DNA of 64,000 nucleotides. It comes from Hydrolagus affinis (lineage: Eukaryota). Positions 35,161 to 48,841 of this stretch are shown here, piece after piece (the first letter of the stretch is position 1; every line of letters begins with the position of its first letter). Position numbers and translations under genes: made by a program. Below the pieces are notes generated by a model, which was not told the origin of the DNA, did not search any database, and was given only the letters and a program-made list of their open reading frames with translations. The DNA is taken from NCBI GenBank assembly GCA_012026655.1, contig JAAILG010001332.1, positions 1 through 64,000 of the forward strand, in the 5' to 3' direction.

Positions 35161-37502
35161 CAGTTTCTTAAGCACTCTGTTCTTGGTTTCTCAGAGAGGC
35201 CAACAGTTTCTTGTATTCTTAACCATAAGCCTCCCTATTTTAAAATTTACGATGGTGAAAATTTAAAATTCAGCCTTAATTTGGAAGCTGTTTTGCTACA
35301 GTACCCCAAAATAGCTGTGGAAAGCCAGCTTCCGAATTACAACAACAACAACAACAAAATTAAGACTGAATTTAAGACTGCTTTTGAAAATTCTGGGCCA
35401 TCTTAACTTTTAATACCGTAGTCTTAAGCCTGAGGAAATTAGATGTTTTGGTCCCTAGATTCGCTTAAAAAAAATTGGGTTGGTTGCTTTAGTAATCTTA
35501 TATCTACTGGGAAGTGAAATCCACAGTCTCATTTAACTTGATTGCTGTCAGTTTGAGCAGCTGATTGAACTTAAATTACAGAAAGTACGCTAGTTCTGTA
35601 ACATCATTTTACAGCAAAGCTGTATTTATTTTCCAGTGTATAATAGTTAGAGTCAGGTGTCACCTTGGTTGAGTTTGTAGCATTCGTCTCTCTAGTTCAG
35701 AACATTGTAGGTTCAAGCTCCTGATTGGATTTTGTACTCAGACTAACATTGCTGCCCAGTACTGTGAGAATCTGCATCAGCAGAGCCATCCTTTGGATGA
35801 GGTGATAAATTGAGGACCAGTCCAGGAAGATGTTAAAGATTCTATGACACTAATCATAACAGGAAGGAGTTCTACATGGTATTTTTACTTGATTCCTTCT
35901 AGAAACAGTGATTGAAGTAGAATCCATACTAGTTTAAAAGGGTGTTAGACAAATACTTGAAAAAGATCATTATGGAGAAACAGCAGGGGAGCGGGAGTGA
36001 AAAAACAGCTCTTTAGAGAGAGCTGGAAAAGGCATAATGGGCTGACCAACTATCTCTTATGTTGCCAAATTCTATGTTTTTCCTGTTGCCCTGCCCAACC
36101 ATCTTCCAAATTATTTGTTCATTCATATTGTGTCTGTCTGTGGGACTACACTGTGCTATGTTTGCCTAAAAATAAACAATCACAACACTTGACAATAATT
36201 ACTGTAATGCAATTTGTGATATTTAGGCATTTAAAAGCTATAAAAATTAAGTTTTTTTCATCCATGCCAGTCTGGAAGTGATATTACATATCACATAGGC
36301 CTCCCGACTATGGCAATTGCTGTAGTGGTGGATTAAGATTCATGAAGTCATTAGTTGTAGTCTAAGAATGTCCATCCTTAAACTCAGGCAATAGAAACTG
36401 CTGATTTTATAAGGCCAACACTGCTGTGCTCTTGGAAAGATATCTGTCTAGCCTGAGCCGACTGCCTGTACAATACAATATTCCCCCAGTGTCAATTAAA
36501 TGAATGTTGCTTTAAGATTTTCAGATTTAAGATGGGAGATTTGACAATAAAGTCATACAACAGACAATATTATGGTGTCATCACTCACCTGATGCCATTC
36601 ACACAGGCATTGTGGCTACAAGGCAGGATCAGATGATTTGCAAGACATCTATCTCTTTGTGTGGCCACAGCAGCCTTTTTAAGCAGCAAATCAATAAATA
36701 AATAATGAAGTATGAATGTTACAGTACCTGTTGCTATTATATAAAATACATAGACAAAAAGTATTCTAGGAACAAAACTGAATGATAAGAAAACAATAGA
36801 GACAATGCAGCTGCATATTGAGGAAGTTTGATGTTGGATATTTTTCCTGGAATGGTCTGACCTGTATATTTACGTGATTCTACTGTAACCCAGGAAATAC
36901 CTCTTTGCAGCTTTCAAAACATATACGTATCTTTCATCATAAAACAGCTGCAAAAGTACATGCCTGTCAACTTAAACAGTGAGAACTCCGCCTGAAGAAC
37001 CAAGAAATGTTCAGCTTTACAACCAGTAAAATAACAATTTCCGAAATCGGAATATCGTCTTTATTTTCTTTTTTCCAGCAAAACTGGCCTCAAAGGTTCA
37101 CAGAATTCCACTGGAGTTACACGCTCGAAATTCCCTCACTTTAGCACAACCCTCAGGCCTTGGTTCTCATATAATCATAAAACACTGGGGTGAAATCTAT
37201 TATGTGACATTATTTAATAGGAAGCACAGTTATTTCTTCTCAAACCAGGCTGTCATAGGAACATAGGTACATGTTTGGCGATTCAGCTCCTCAAGCCTGT
37301 CGCATCTTTCCCTCTGACTTAACTTCTGTGTGAAAATGTGTCTTGTCCTTTTCTTGCTACAGTCCCAGAACAATTCTGCTCAGACCAAAAATTGGTGCAC
37401 TGGCAGAAATGAACCTTCATCCCACAACTCAAGGCACTGCTGTGGCACCTGAGGAACTCTGCCCTGTCCATCAGGATAGCCTGACTGACAGTACTTTGCC
37501 AA

Positions 37503-37620
37503 TGATAATAATAAATAGACATCCTTGCATTTGATATAGCGCTTTTCACGTCTTCTAGACATCTCAAAGCGCTTCACAGGATATACTATAAAGTGAATTG
37601 ACTTATACCTGTAGGCAAAA
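37503..37620 (-). mobile_element. SINE 3' end with intact hairpin
   Basis: Reverse complement gaagcgctttgagatgtctagaagacgtgaaaagcgctatatcaaatgcaagg. Confidence 0.9.
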
Positions 37621-39090
37621 TGGTGGGTTCAAATATTTCACAGAATTTACTGTGAAGACTTGTCGGACTGTACTGTATCGATACCTGATGTGATAATTAT
37701 CAGGTACGTGATGTGATAATTATTATGTGTATGTGATGTGATTATTAGCAAGTGCCAACTGATAGGTAATAACAGGAGTGAATATCATGGATAATTATTG
37801 CAATGTGTTATTTTTTTTTTAAATGAAGTTACATTGGAAAGGTTTACGACAGATAAAACATTCCAAATGGCAGCACCGGTGGGGGGATTTTCAGCAGGTT
37901 GTCCCTCGACACCCCAGGAACCAGGCAGGCCTGAAAACAGAGATCCCGAAACACTGGCCCTTCTATTCATTTTGTACAACAGGGTCCAAGTCAAAACATT
38001 TTGAACAGAACTGCATTTCCTCTCCGCCATCTGATAGAAATGACGAATTAAAATGTATGTTTTCATTTGTCATGTTATTGCTGCCATGGATATTAAAACC
38101 AGAAAGGATTCATTATGATTCTGAGTGTTGACGGACACTTATTTGCAATGTATAGAAAAGAAACTTTGGCCCATCAGTGTGACAGTCTGCAGTTCCGTGG
38201 TATGCTTTGTTTGTTTTATCTCTGACCCTATTTCTTCAATACTCTGTCTTTTCCTTTTCCTGACCAGCAGAAACAAGCAGCTCAACTCACCAAAGGCACT
38301 AAAGAACATAAACAGAATTTCAGCAGAATCTTTTCCTCCCCAAAAAACTTCCTGAACTGAAAGAGGAAGAAAAAGGCAAATAAACAGGCGAGGGGAATTT
38401 GAACAGAACGGCACAGAGTTAGGAGATTTGTCCAAAATGATCATAGGGGTTTCTTTATTCCAGAGCACCAACTATGGCTGATGGAAAACCAGATGTCAGT
38501 CAGATTTAACTACAGCAACTTTTTTCCCCTTTTATCTTAAAAAGCGCCAAAAACCATCTGCCGATTCAGATAATATTAATCCCATGGCACTATTTGAAAA
38601 GAGAAGGGAATTTGGTCCGGTGTCCTGGCTAACAATCCTTCAGATTGTTTGTGGGACATTGCTGTGCGCAAGTTGGCTATCGTTTATCTATAAAATATGG
38701 AGTCAATAGATCCTGTGAAACATTTTGAGGCATCCTTGTAACATAAAGAAGACATGAAAAGTGCTATATCAAATTCAAGGATTATTATTATTCTGTCTTT
38801 ATGAATGCGGAATGGAACAGCCTCATTAAAATGAAAAAAAGTGTTCATTTGTAATTGGTTATTAGATAGGTGTTTGTGTGTGTGTGTGTTTGTGTTTTAA
38901 CCATTTCTTAGCATAAATTGGAACACAAATTATTTCCATTGTACAGTAATAAATTAAGATAGAATTCAGATTAAAACTTGCTTTACCTATGCCATTAGAT
39001 TTGAATTGGCAAAATAAGTAGTTTAAAGCACTTGGATTTCTAATCAGTTATTCAACACAAACAATGATTATGCTAAATTATGAACTTGCA

Positions 39091-39124
39091 TATATATATA
39101 TATATATTATATATATATATATAT
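39091..39124. repeat. (TA)n microsatellite
   Basis: Direct reading; one interruption. Confidence 0.95.
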
Positions 39125-39274
39125 TACTCTGTCTAAGGACCAGGAATGATTCAACCTCAAGTACCATTCTATACGTTCTTCCCAGTACATCTGCAACTGT
39201 GATCACCCGGAATACCTATTTCCAGATTTAAGATAACTTGCAATAAGTTGATAGCTCCACTGAGCTACATGGAA

Positions 39275-39615
39275 TCCTGTAACTCAGTGGTTAGAACACT
39301 TGTCTTACAAGTGAGACACCTGGGTTCGATTCCAGGCAGGGCAAAACTTTGAGCCAGTTTCCTTCCTCCACACACCTGGTAATAATCCCTCAAGGAAAGA
39401 AGACAATAATAAATTGGTCTTTTCAATCCACAACTGTTTGCGGAAAACTTCTGTGCGCAATTGGGGACTGCATTTTGCCCACAAAATATACAGTAAATTC
39501 ACTTCACTGTTTGTTCTGTAAGATGGTTTGAGATGTCTACAAGACGTGAAAATATGCAGGGATTATTACTATCATATAAACTATCATATGCAGGGATTAT
39601 TACTATTATTATTAT
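39275..39615 (+). mobile_element. Full-length tRNA-Deu-L2 SINE with duplicated tail
   Basis: A and B boxes and core are present. atatgcagggattattactat occurs twice at the 3' end. Confidence 0.9.
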
Positions 39616-40380
39616 AAAAGGTTCTACAGTAATACAAGGAATATTATTCATAATAATAGTATGCTTTCATATCATCACATTTAATATTCTAAAAGATGTG
39701 TACAGAAATGTTTTCTTAAAGGTTTTAAGAATGTTTTATGTTGCTGATCTATGCAATCTGATTTCTTATATAAAAAAATATTTTTTTTCTGGACAATTTT
39801 TATCTCCTGCATTGTCACCCATTTCCCGTTGCCACTATTCATCAAAAGCACAATGTCAGCCCACTGGGGGTTTTGTCAGTTGCTGCAAGTGAAACCCCAG
39901 CTGATATTGTGCTTCTCGGAGCTACACCAGCAGAGATAACTATTGTATCCCTATTGCTGCCATCAGGTAACTCAAGATATATAATAATATAACAATAATA
40001 ATAATCCTGCATTTGATATAGAGCTTTTCACGTTTTCTAGACATCTCAAAGCGCTTCACAGAATATACTATAAAATGAATTGACTGTATATTTGTGGGCG
40101 AAACGATAGACTGGGATTCGAACATATGAAGTACTGTTTGGGTGACACAGTGCTTGCTGGACAGTGATCTACCCTCTCCCACCTTGCATTGGCACATTGT
40201 ATTACCACATTGTTACCCTGGTCGTCTTCAAGTTGATCACGACCAAATTCAATTCCCAAAATGTAGCAGCGTTTGGTTCATAAATGTTATCTTCAAAATA
40301 AACCAAAACTTCAAATCTTTTGTAACCTTTGAGAACAAAAACTTGGATTTATATTGCACCCTTCTTCCAGGTTATTTTAA

Positions 40381-40492
40381 ACACAATAATAAAATTGGTC
40401 ATTTCAATCCATGACTGTTTGTGGGATACTGCTGTGCACAATTGGCTGCCGCGTTTCGCCCACAAATATACAGTCAATTCACTTTACATGAC

Positions 40493-40551
<59 letters not shown>

Positions 40552-40912
40552 ACCTTTATATATCGCCTTTCACATCGGGAGGACGTCCCTAGGCGCTGAA
40601 CAGACAGGTAGGGATCAGAGCAGCGGTGGGAGGGGTCAGGGGAAGGAGAGTAGGAAAATTGACTGTATATTTATGGGCGAAACTCGGCAGCCAAATTGCG
40701 CACAGCAGTGTCCCACAAACAGTCATGGAAGTGAGGTTAGGGGAGAAAGGGGGGAAAGATGGCAAGGGGAGAGTTCGGGATAGGGGGAAGGAGAGCTGGA
40801 AAACCGACTGTATATTTGTGGGTGAAACTCGGCAGCCAAACTATGAAGTGCTTTGAGACGTCTAGAAGATATGAAAAAGCGCTATTTCAAATGCAACTAT
40901 TACTATTATTAT
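40381..40912 (+). mobile_element. 5'-truncated SINE interrupted at 40489-40840 by an antisense chimeric element
   Basis: Core at 40381-40488 resumes at 40841 with ctatgaagtgctttgagacgtctagaag and the tail. Confidence 0.88.
40489..40840 (-). mobile_element. Chimeric retroelement: two (Deu core + pyrimidine linker) units, an L2 3' hairpin and a (TTGA)n tail
   Basis: (TCAA)n at 40495-40548, antisense L2 hairpin at 40560-40600, antisense Deu-core pieces at 40657-40733 and 40803-40840. Confidence 0.8.
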
Positions 40913-42984
40913 CCAGCATCACTCTGCTTGGTTCTTGCTCTTCTACCCGTCCAAGCTTTTCATAAATTAACTGTAGAAAACCTCACCAGGAGTCAAGCTC
41001 ACAGTCAAAGCAGTGCTGGGAGAAGCTATTCTTCAGGTGAAACATTAAAAGCTCCATGTGCTTGAACAGGTGAACATTAAAGATCGCATGCCACTATTCA
41101 AGAAGGGAAGGGAGTTTCTCCTGATGTCCTGCCAAGCAATCTCCTGAATACAACTGTGGCAATTTGTTGTGCACAAAATGCAAATGAATGCTCTCAAAGC
41201 AGCCATGATATTTAACAGTAAATACTTTAAAACCATTATGAAATATTTTGACATGATGAAGAGCTATATGAAAAAAAAGCAAGGTCTCTCTTAGATCTAA
41301 TTCTATTTATAGTGTTTGGGAATCCTGTGAGAAAACCACAGTAGAAATAGCACGTCAAGTCCTGCAGTCAGATGCAGCACATTTAGCCTGATGAATGACT
41401 GGAGCTGATGACTTCAGCAGGCATTTCATTCAGGACCAGCTATACGCTCAATTGTCATCTCTAATCATCCATGTAAATAGTTACCCACAGACCTCATTAA
41501 TAAACAACGTACTCAACGTTGAAAATAAACACAGCCTGTTAACACTGGACTGTGACTTTTTAATAAACGAGAAGCAAGGTGGAAAGGTCTGAACGCTTCA
41601 GATCAGTTTCCTCAGTAAAAAAAAGTTCCTGCTTACAAAGAACAGTTAGTTCTTAATACCAGTGAACCCGCACACTGCATTATAAATCAGAACAGTGCCT
41701 ATAACAAGTCAAGCTGCCCCAGCACATGCTAGGCCATTGCCTCTGATCATAAATGTAGGCATGTTTGCATTCAGACATGTACAAATTAGAATGACTATTT
41801 TATATGAAAATAATACTTAGATTGATGGCTGTTTTCTCTGTGTTTCCTCAAAGAGCAAATCACTGAACCAAACTTTGCTGGAAATATCTGTTGTGATAAA
41901 AATGATACAAAACATATTTCCTGTTAAATTTTAGCAATAAAAGTACTGAACGTCAGGTGTTATTTTCTACGTATAAAACTAGCTCAGTGCCATACTACTA
42001 AAATATACTGCTTTTTTAAAAACAATTTAAAATAAACATAAAACATTTAAAAACTTTACTTTTGCTCTGCCTTTTTTTTACGTTCTCTATTTAATTTCTT
42101 CCCTATTCTTTCTCTCCTTCATATTTTACTACTTTAACTTTGATTTTGCATGGTTTATTATTGAAATTCTCCATTTTAGCATTCATTTTGCTCTTGATTC
42201 ATTCATTTTAAGTCTGAATCATCATGCTAACCATTATCGATTCTATACCTTCTCCATAGATGGCTCAGTGATGTTATGCCTTCTATGGTATCCCCAGCAC
42301 ACAAGGAATCATGCAATATTAAGCCTTCACCAAATTAGCTAAAGTTAGCTTGGATTCAAAGACAATTTATTTGCTGTGTACCATCCTTGTGTTGGTGTTT
42401 TATTAAGAAGTTGCAAAGACTTACAGTTTTTACACTACCACAGTTGGAAAGAATGGAAAGCCATATCAATCAAGCAACAGTAGTTATGCAACCTGAAGCT
42501 TGAATTTTTAAACTCTGCAGATTCTAGGAAGCAACATTGAGGGAGTTAAGAGTTTTAACTCTCTTGAAATCCTGTGAATGAATGTTAAGAGTAGAAGTGC
42601 AATGAATTGTTATTTGAACACAGTAAGGATGCAGGGAGGCAGAAGATAGCGTAACATTAGCTTCTGAAAGTTAGCTTCCATTGGGACTTGTACCATAAGG
42701 TCACACGTCGTATCTATTTTAAGTGAAATATACTGAATCAATACCAGATACAGTAAGACCTGTTTTCGGTCTTACTGTACTCAGGAGACTGAATCAATGT
42801 GACCTATACGTAAGGGTGGCCTCGGAGAAAGGGTTTGTTGGTGTGTTTAAAATTTTTAAATATACATGTATAGAAAAATGGAGTGCACATACAAACCCAT
42901 AAATCAAACTAGTTTTAATATACAACAGATAAAATAAAAAGAGAATGTAATGCCACAAACATTTCAAATCGTGGTTGGATGCAT

Positions 42985-43347
42985 ATTAATCCTTGTATTT
43001 GATATAGTTAATGTCTTCTAGACATCTCATTGCACTTCACAGAATATACTGTAAAGTGAATTAACTGTATATTTGTGAGCGAAACATGGCAGCCAATTGT
43101 GCACAGCAATGTCCCACAAACAGTCATGGATTGAGTGACCAAATTTTTATTAGTACAGTTTTTTTTAAGGGATTATTAACCCCAGAAAAGCGATCTGCCA
43201 ATCGACTAACAACCAGGATCCCACTTACTGCTAAGTAAACAGAGGAATGCGGAGTAAGGAAACTTGACCAACGTTTTGCCCTAGCCAGGAATCAAACCCA
43301 GGTCCTCTCTCTTGCAAGGTGAGTGCACTAACCACTAAGCTACAGAG
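42985..43347 (-). mobile_element. Full-length tRNA-derived SINE, long-body variant
   Basis: Reverse complement: ctgtagcttagtggttagtgcactcaccttgcaag..cctgggtttgattcc, the extra body block, Deu core and tail. Confidence 0.9.
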
Positions 43348-44398
43348 CTAAATAATAAAACCTCAAGACGAACAATGGATTAATGTTTAAAAAGAATGTA
43401 ATTATGGAGACTGTATCCAGGAATCACCAAAGTACCACAATACGCCCTTTTTTTTTACAATCACTCAAAATGAAGATGGCAGTATTCAAGAGATTTCAGG
43501 CAGGCACTGTTCCTGTTAAAATATTGCCACGTTGGTCTCTGGGACAATATGAGATGCTGTGTCAACTTCTTTCACAGTGTGCTTTTTAATTGTTTTTCTC
43601 TAGATTTTTTTGTTGTGGACTTGTAGTGGTGGACACAATGGTGCAATTTAGCCATAAATTCTATCATTACCAATCCTCTGTTTAGGACCTTAATACAGTG
43701 TGGTGGCAGACCACAATAGCCATTTATCGTTAGATAATGAGCTGTTCCAGGTCTTTGGTGAGACAAGGTTTGTGGCTTCCATTTTTCAGGCAAGAGAGGG
43801 AAAAAAAATCAATCACAGTTCCAGCATCTGCTTGCTGTCCAGGGACTCCTGTTGAACAGTGTATGTGCTGATGCTTGGCGAGGATTGAAATAATCTCAGG
43901 GGTGATACAACTCATAATTATATCTCCTATATCTCACTGTCGAGGCTCACGTATGAGCAATGGTAACTCACAGCTCCCCCATGGCTCATTTCACACCACT
44001 GCAAAATAGTTACACGGAGTACAGAGCAGGAAGGTTATAGGTTTCTTTACTAATGTGTGCTGAGTTCACTAATCACAAGATTCATTTGAATGAAGAACAT
44101 CCTCAGACCTCCTGATTTTATTCTTTCAGATCAACTTGTGAGACATGTTGGTAGACAAGATAAGATTGGTTTCAGATGCCCTGCACCTTGGGACGTCCTC
44201 CTGACATGAAAGGCGTTTTATAAATGTAATGTTGTTGTTGTTGCTAAGGAAGAAATAAACAGGCAGGGTTTCCACTCGAGGCGGTCGTCTTGGAAAGTGG
44301 GCAGGTTTGAACATGCAGGAAAAATATCGTGATATTGAAGAAATGACATGAACATTATACTTCTAAATTGTTGTTTATCTTTCAAACTGCTTTAATTA

Positions 44399-45310
44399 AC
44401 AGCACTCTCACCTCTGAGTCAGAAGATTCAGGGTTCAAGCTCTACGTCGGGACCTCATTACGTCCAGGCTCGACTATGCCAATGCCCTGCTTGTCAGCCT
44501 CCCCAATTCCTCCCTCCATAGGCTGCAGATAATCCAGAACTCTGCAGCCCATGTGCCCCCCACACCAGGCTCTGCAACCCTATTACCCCAATTCTCGCCA
44601 GACTCCACTGGCTTCCCATCACTCAGAGGATTCAATTCAAAATCCTAGTCCTCACCTTCAAAGTCCTCCATGGACTTGCCCCACCCTACCTTTGCGATCT
44701 CCTAACCCCCTACCAACCTGTCTGCTCCCTCTGCTCAGCAGGCTCTGGCCTGCTCCATGTCCCCCGACCCACCCGCCCCGCAATCGGCGGGTGAGTCTTC
44801 AGCCACTCTGCACCCAACCTTTGGAATTCTATCCCACAATCCCTCCGCCTCACCCCACCCTGCCTCTTTCAAGTCCTGCCTCAAGACCCTCCTCTTCGAC
44901 CTTGCCATTGGTCACCCTCTTCCCCCGCTTCCCTCCACCCTCCCGATTCCAACCCCAGCTCAGGTCCAAAACATTGACTGTCCAGCGCCTTGGAACATCC
45001 TCCTGACATAAAAGATTCTATACAAATGTAATTTTTGATATTGTTGTTGTCAGACCTCATAGTCAGTGGACAATACCGGGGGAGTACTACAATATTGGAG
45101 GTGCCGTCCTTTTGATGAGACATTAAACCAAAGTCTTGTTTGCCTGTTCAGATGGATGTTATAGATCCCTTGGCACTATTTCGAAGGAGAAGGGAGTTTC
45201 TCCCAGTGTTCTGGTCAACAATAATTAATCATGGCTGTTTTGGGGACAATGCTGTGCAAATTGGCTGTCAGGTTCACCTACAAAATGCAGTCACTTCACA
45301 TCACAGTTGT
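44399..45310 (+). mobile_element. SacSINE1-like DeuSINE split by an L2 insertion
   Basis: Head agcactctcacctctgagtcagaag..gggttcaagc. The body resumes at 45061 (attggaggtgccgtcc..agatcccttggcactatttcgaag). Confidence 0.85.
44459..45052 (+). mobile_element. 5'-truncated L2 LINE (~590 bp) with 8-bp target site duplication
   Basis: Translates as TSRLDYANALLVSLP..LHWLPITQRIQFKILVLTFK..LWNSIPQ, with frameshifts. gacctcat occurs at 44451-44458 and 45053-45060. Confidence 0.92.
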
Positions 45311-45631
45311 TAAACATTTACTGCATTTCCTGAAAAGTAACTTGTGTTTCATAAGTAATTTAAGTAAAAATAGCTTGATTGTAAATACTGGTGAAGTGTC
45401 TTGAGATGTTTCAAAATGATAACACACGGTAAAAATGCAAGTGCCTTCATCATTTACATTGTGCAGTTACAGCATTTGTTAAAAATGTCATTGACATCCA
45501 ATACACTAGTTTACTGCCAGATTGTGGCAGTGACAAAGTGTTATGATAGTGCTCACCTGAGCATCCTCCACTCCCATAAATTTTCATGTTGGTAAATGCT
45601 TTTGGTTCGGCTGGATGTCTAACATATGTGG

Positions 45632-45995
45632 CAACAACAACAACAACTTGTATTTATATAGCACCCTCCACGCCAGGCAGCATCTCAGGGTGCTGCACAA
45701 TGCAGAGCCCGAGGGCAAGTCAGGGGGAGGGGGAAAGTGATCGTCAATTCACGGTTGAAGAGAAAGGTCTTCAGGCGCGACCTGAAGATGCGAAAGGAGG
45801 GAGTGAGGAGAAGCATGTTGAGGGAAGGAGTTCCAAACTTTTGGGGCATAGTGGCTGAAAGCACGGCCACGGATAGTGGAGCGGAGGATTCGGGGGACAA
45901 GGAGGAGGCAGGACTCAGTAGAGCGGAGGCAGTCTTATTGCTGTGAGGAGCGAGGAGGTTAGAAAGATATGGGGTGTGAGGAGGGATTTAAGTAC
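45632..45995 (-). mobile_element. L2 LINE 3' fragment of a divergent subfamily
   Basis: (AAC)n, antisense hairpin variant, and FRSRLKTFLF on the minus strand. Confidence 0.82.
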
Positions 45996-48400
45996 ATTAT
46001 ACCATAGGTAAGAAGTATCCAAACTAGACTGAGAGGTCCCAGCAACCCGTGTAGAAACGGAAATTGTAATCTAATAATAATTATCCTTGCATTTATTGTC
46101 ATATTGTCAAAATATCTCAAAGTGCTTCACACATTTTCATTGTGTGTTTGTAGGCCAATGCGACAGCCAATTTCCACACAACAATGTCCCACAACAGCCA
46201 TTAAGTGAATGAATTTTATTTGGGGGATTGAAGTTCCTTTGTTTAAAATGGAATGCTCACCCTTGCTTAACCAATTCTAAAGAGTATTAGGCAAAATCAC
46301 GCCTGGCTCAGGAAGCAGACTATTGAAGCAGACACAGAGGATAACTTGATTCCATTTTATTGTTAAAAATGTCACCTCAAACCTCAAAGTTCAGCACCAA
46401 GGAGACCACACTTGCCCCAAAGAAGGACAGTCACTAGTTGATCATTGATAGTGAAAAAAAAGTGTTTTCTTACAGCTTAAAAAAAAATCTCTACGTTGTG
46501 AAATTCTCTTTTACTGGCTTTGGCTGCTGTTTTCCTAACATTCTTGAATAAAACAATTGATTTAACCTGGATACAACCTGAGCAATGGAAATAGGGCCCC
46601 ATTCTGCTTGGTTCTTTGAAGGAGCTGGTACTCCAGGGTAGTGTGTAGAGTCTGGAAAGCATTTAGAAGAATTCCTGAGGAGGAGGCAGGAGGTGGTGAG
46701 GTACTGGTCATTAACTTCTGTTGACAAGCTCTAAACCCGTCCTTTAACACATGTGTTCTCTTTGGCTATTCATCAACCTGAATCAGATCTTTTGTTCAAA
46801 CACAAAGGTAAGCACGGATCCTGAAATGTGGCAGGCATTGCTGGTACTCTCCTGGTTACAGGTCAGAACAGTGGCAACATTGCTAATAATCTTCTCATTG
46901 GTACACACTTTTTATCCAGAACAGTGTTTATTTTTTATCTATGACCAATATTTCTTTCTCTTAAACTCAACACCACCACTCACAGCACAAGCACCTCCTG
47001 ACAAAACACAGTTTACTGATAAGCTCACGAATAAAGGCAAAGCATTCACTGATCATTGCTGCCTCAGATAGTAGATCTATAGTAGTTCAAGGTAACCCGA
47101 ATAAAAGGCTCGGTTTGTAGGCATATCGTTGTAATCCTTTCCTTGCTGGCATTAGCATGAGTTGATGTCTCAGAAAGATTTTAAAAACAGGTGCAGAACA
47201 AACAGCAAAATTAGGGTGTCGTAGCCTGAAAGACCAATTTCTCTTAAAATTAACGATTGCACAGAATTTTTGAAAATTCTAAACTTGGAAGCCAGTTCAT
47301 TTTAAGAACTAGAGAAAACTGCAAATTAAACTGGCCCGGATGATTAAGTGAGTGCAAAATCTATGCTTGTGTCCTATGATAATTTCTGTGGTAAATATGT
47401 TTTCTGAATCATCCTATCGTTTATTTGACCATACCTTCAGTCATCTTACCCCTCCCCATCCCACTCTCTGTGGACCCCACTCCTCCCGATCCAACACCTA
47501 GCTCATGTGCAAACCTTCAACTGTCCAGCGCATTGAGATGTCCTTCCTATGGAAAGGCGCTATATAATTGCAATTTGTTGTTGTTGTTGCTGTAGCTCAT
47601 CTGGTTAATGAGAATCATTGGTCAGTGGTAAAAAGCAACTCCAGTGTACGGAATAAAGAAAGTCTCAGCTACCTCTATTTTCAAATAACTTTAATACCAC
47701 ATGAAGGGTTTCTGATGCTACATTTGTTGTGAGTTCATTGCTCTCAGAAATAGTGCCCACTCGCTACTATGAATGCTAGCCAGGGACTCAGCAAGGGAAG
47801 ACTTGCATTTCACAGTGCCTTATAACTAATTATGTTTGCCAATAAAACACAGTCCTCCACTTTACAGTAAGTCAAGTGAAGCATTTTGAGATATTCTCCC
47901 TACATGAAAGACGCAGGACCAAATGTAAAGATTATCATTACAGAGTAATCACTTCATGGCTATTTGTAGGACATTGCTAGGTGCAAATTGGCTACTGCAA
48001 ATGCTGACAAATACTCAGTCACAGTAAAAACTTGTGAAGTGATTTAAGTCTCGGAAATGTGATAAACTGAAGGATTATTATTATAATTGTTGCCAAGTAT
48101 GCTGAGTGTTATAGTGGAAATGCAGCAGTCATTTGACCGCCAAGGATGCACAAAAATACAACCGTATTTTTTTTTACCACAATTATGTTAAGTTACTCCT
48201 TTTGAAATTCATGCCAATGTATCCATCTAGTCCTGCAGAAACTCACCACCCTTCTCTCCCTGCTGGAAGACCATCAGCCACAGCAGAAATTTACTGACTA
48301 TCGCAATAACTGACTGGTAATGAATACACAATTCACCATCAATGAACCTATAACTTCCTGGACATCATTTTCAAGGCATTAACATGCTTGCTGGATAATC

Positions 48401-48500
48401 NNNNNNNNNNNNNNNNNNNNNNNNNNNNNNNNNNNNNNNNNNNNNNNNNNNNNNNNNNNNNNNNNNNNNNNNNNNNNNNNNNNNNNNNNNNNNNNNNNNN
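48401..48500. other. Assembly gap (100 N)
   Basis: Run of N. Confidence 1.
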
Positions 48501-48666
48501 ACCAATTTTATTATTGTGTTTTTTTGGAGGGATTATTATTAGGCGTGTGGAGTAAGGAAACTTGCCCAAGGTTTCGCCCTGACCTGCCTGGATTCGAACA
48601 CAGGTCTCCCCAGCTTGGTTTCCCCAGCTTGCAAGACAAGTGCTCTAACCACTGAGCCACAGGAGC
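48501..48666 (-). mobile_element. tRNA-Deu-L2 SINE 5' half (the rest falls in the gap)
   Basis: Nearly identical to 27841-27995 on the opposite strand, with an internal duplication of tccccagcttg. Confidence 0.92.
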
Positions 48667-48841
48667 ACTAATCAAGTGGCATTTGCACAGAAAACTCACC
48701 CTTGTGTTGAACCAAATCAACAAATGCTAAAATAATAGACTCCTACTACAAGCAACAAGGAACAAAAGAATAGAGCAGGAGAAAAAAACACAGTAGAGTA
48801 ACATTTAAATGTAATGAATCTTCGAATGAAGTAAAGCTAAT

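Noticed and set aside
41384-41435. Two CTGATGA motifs in a weak hairpin as hammerhead or C/D snoRNA
   Set aside because: No properly placed GAAA or stem II, and no convincing D box with a terminal stem.
46477-46812. Overlapping short ORFs and a plus-strand AAG|GTAAGC donor
   Set aside because: No consistent frame between splice signals and no recognisable protein.
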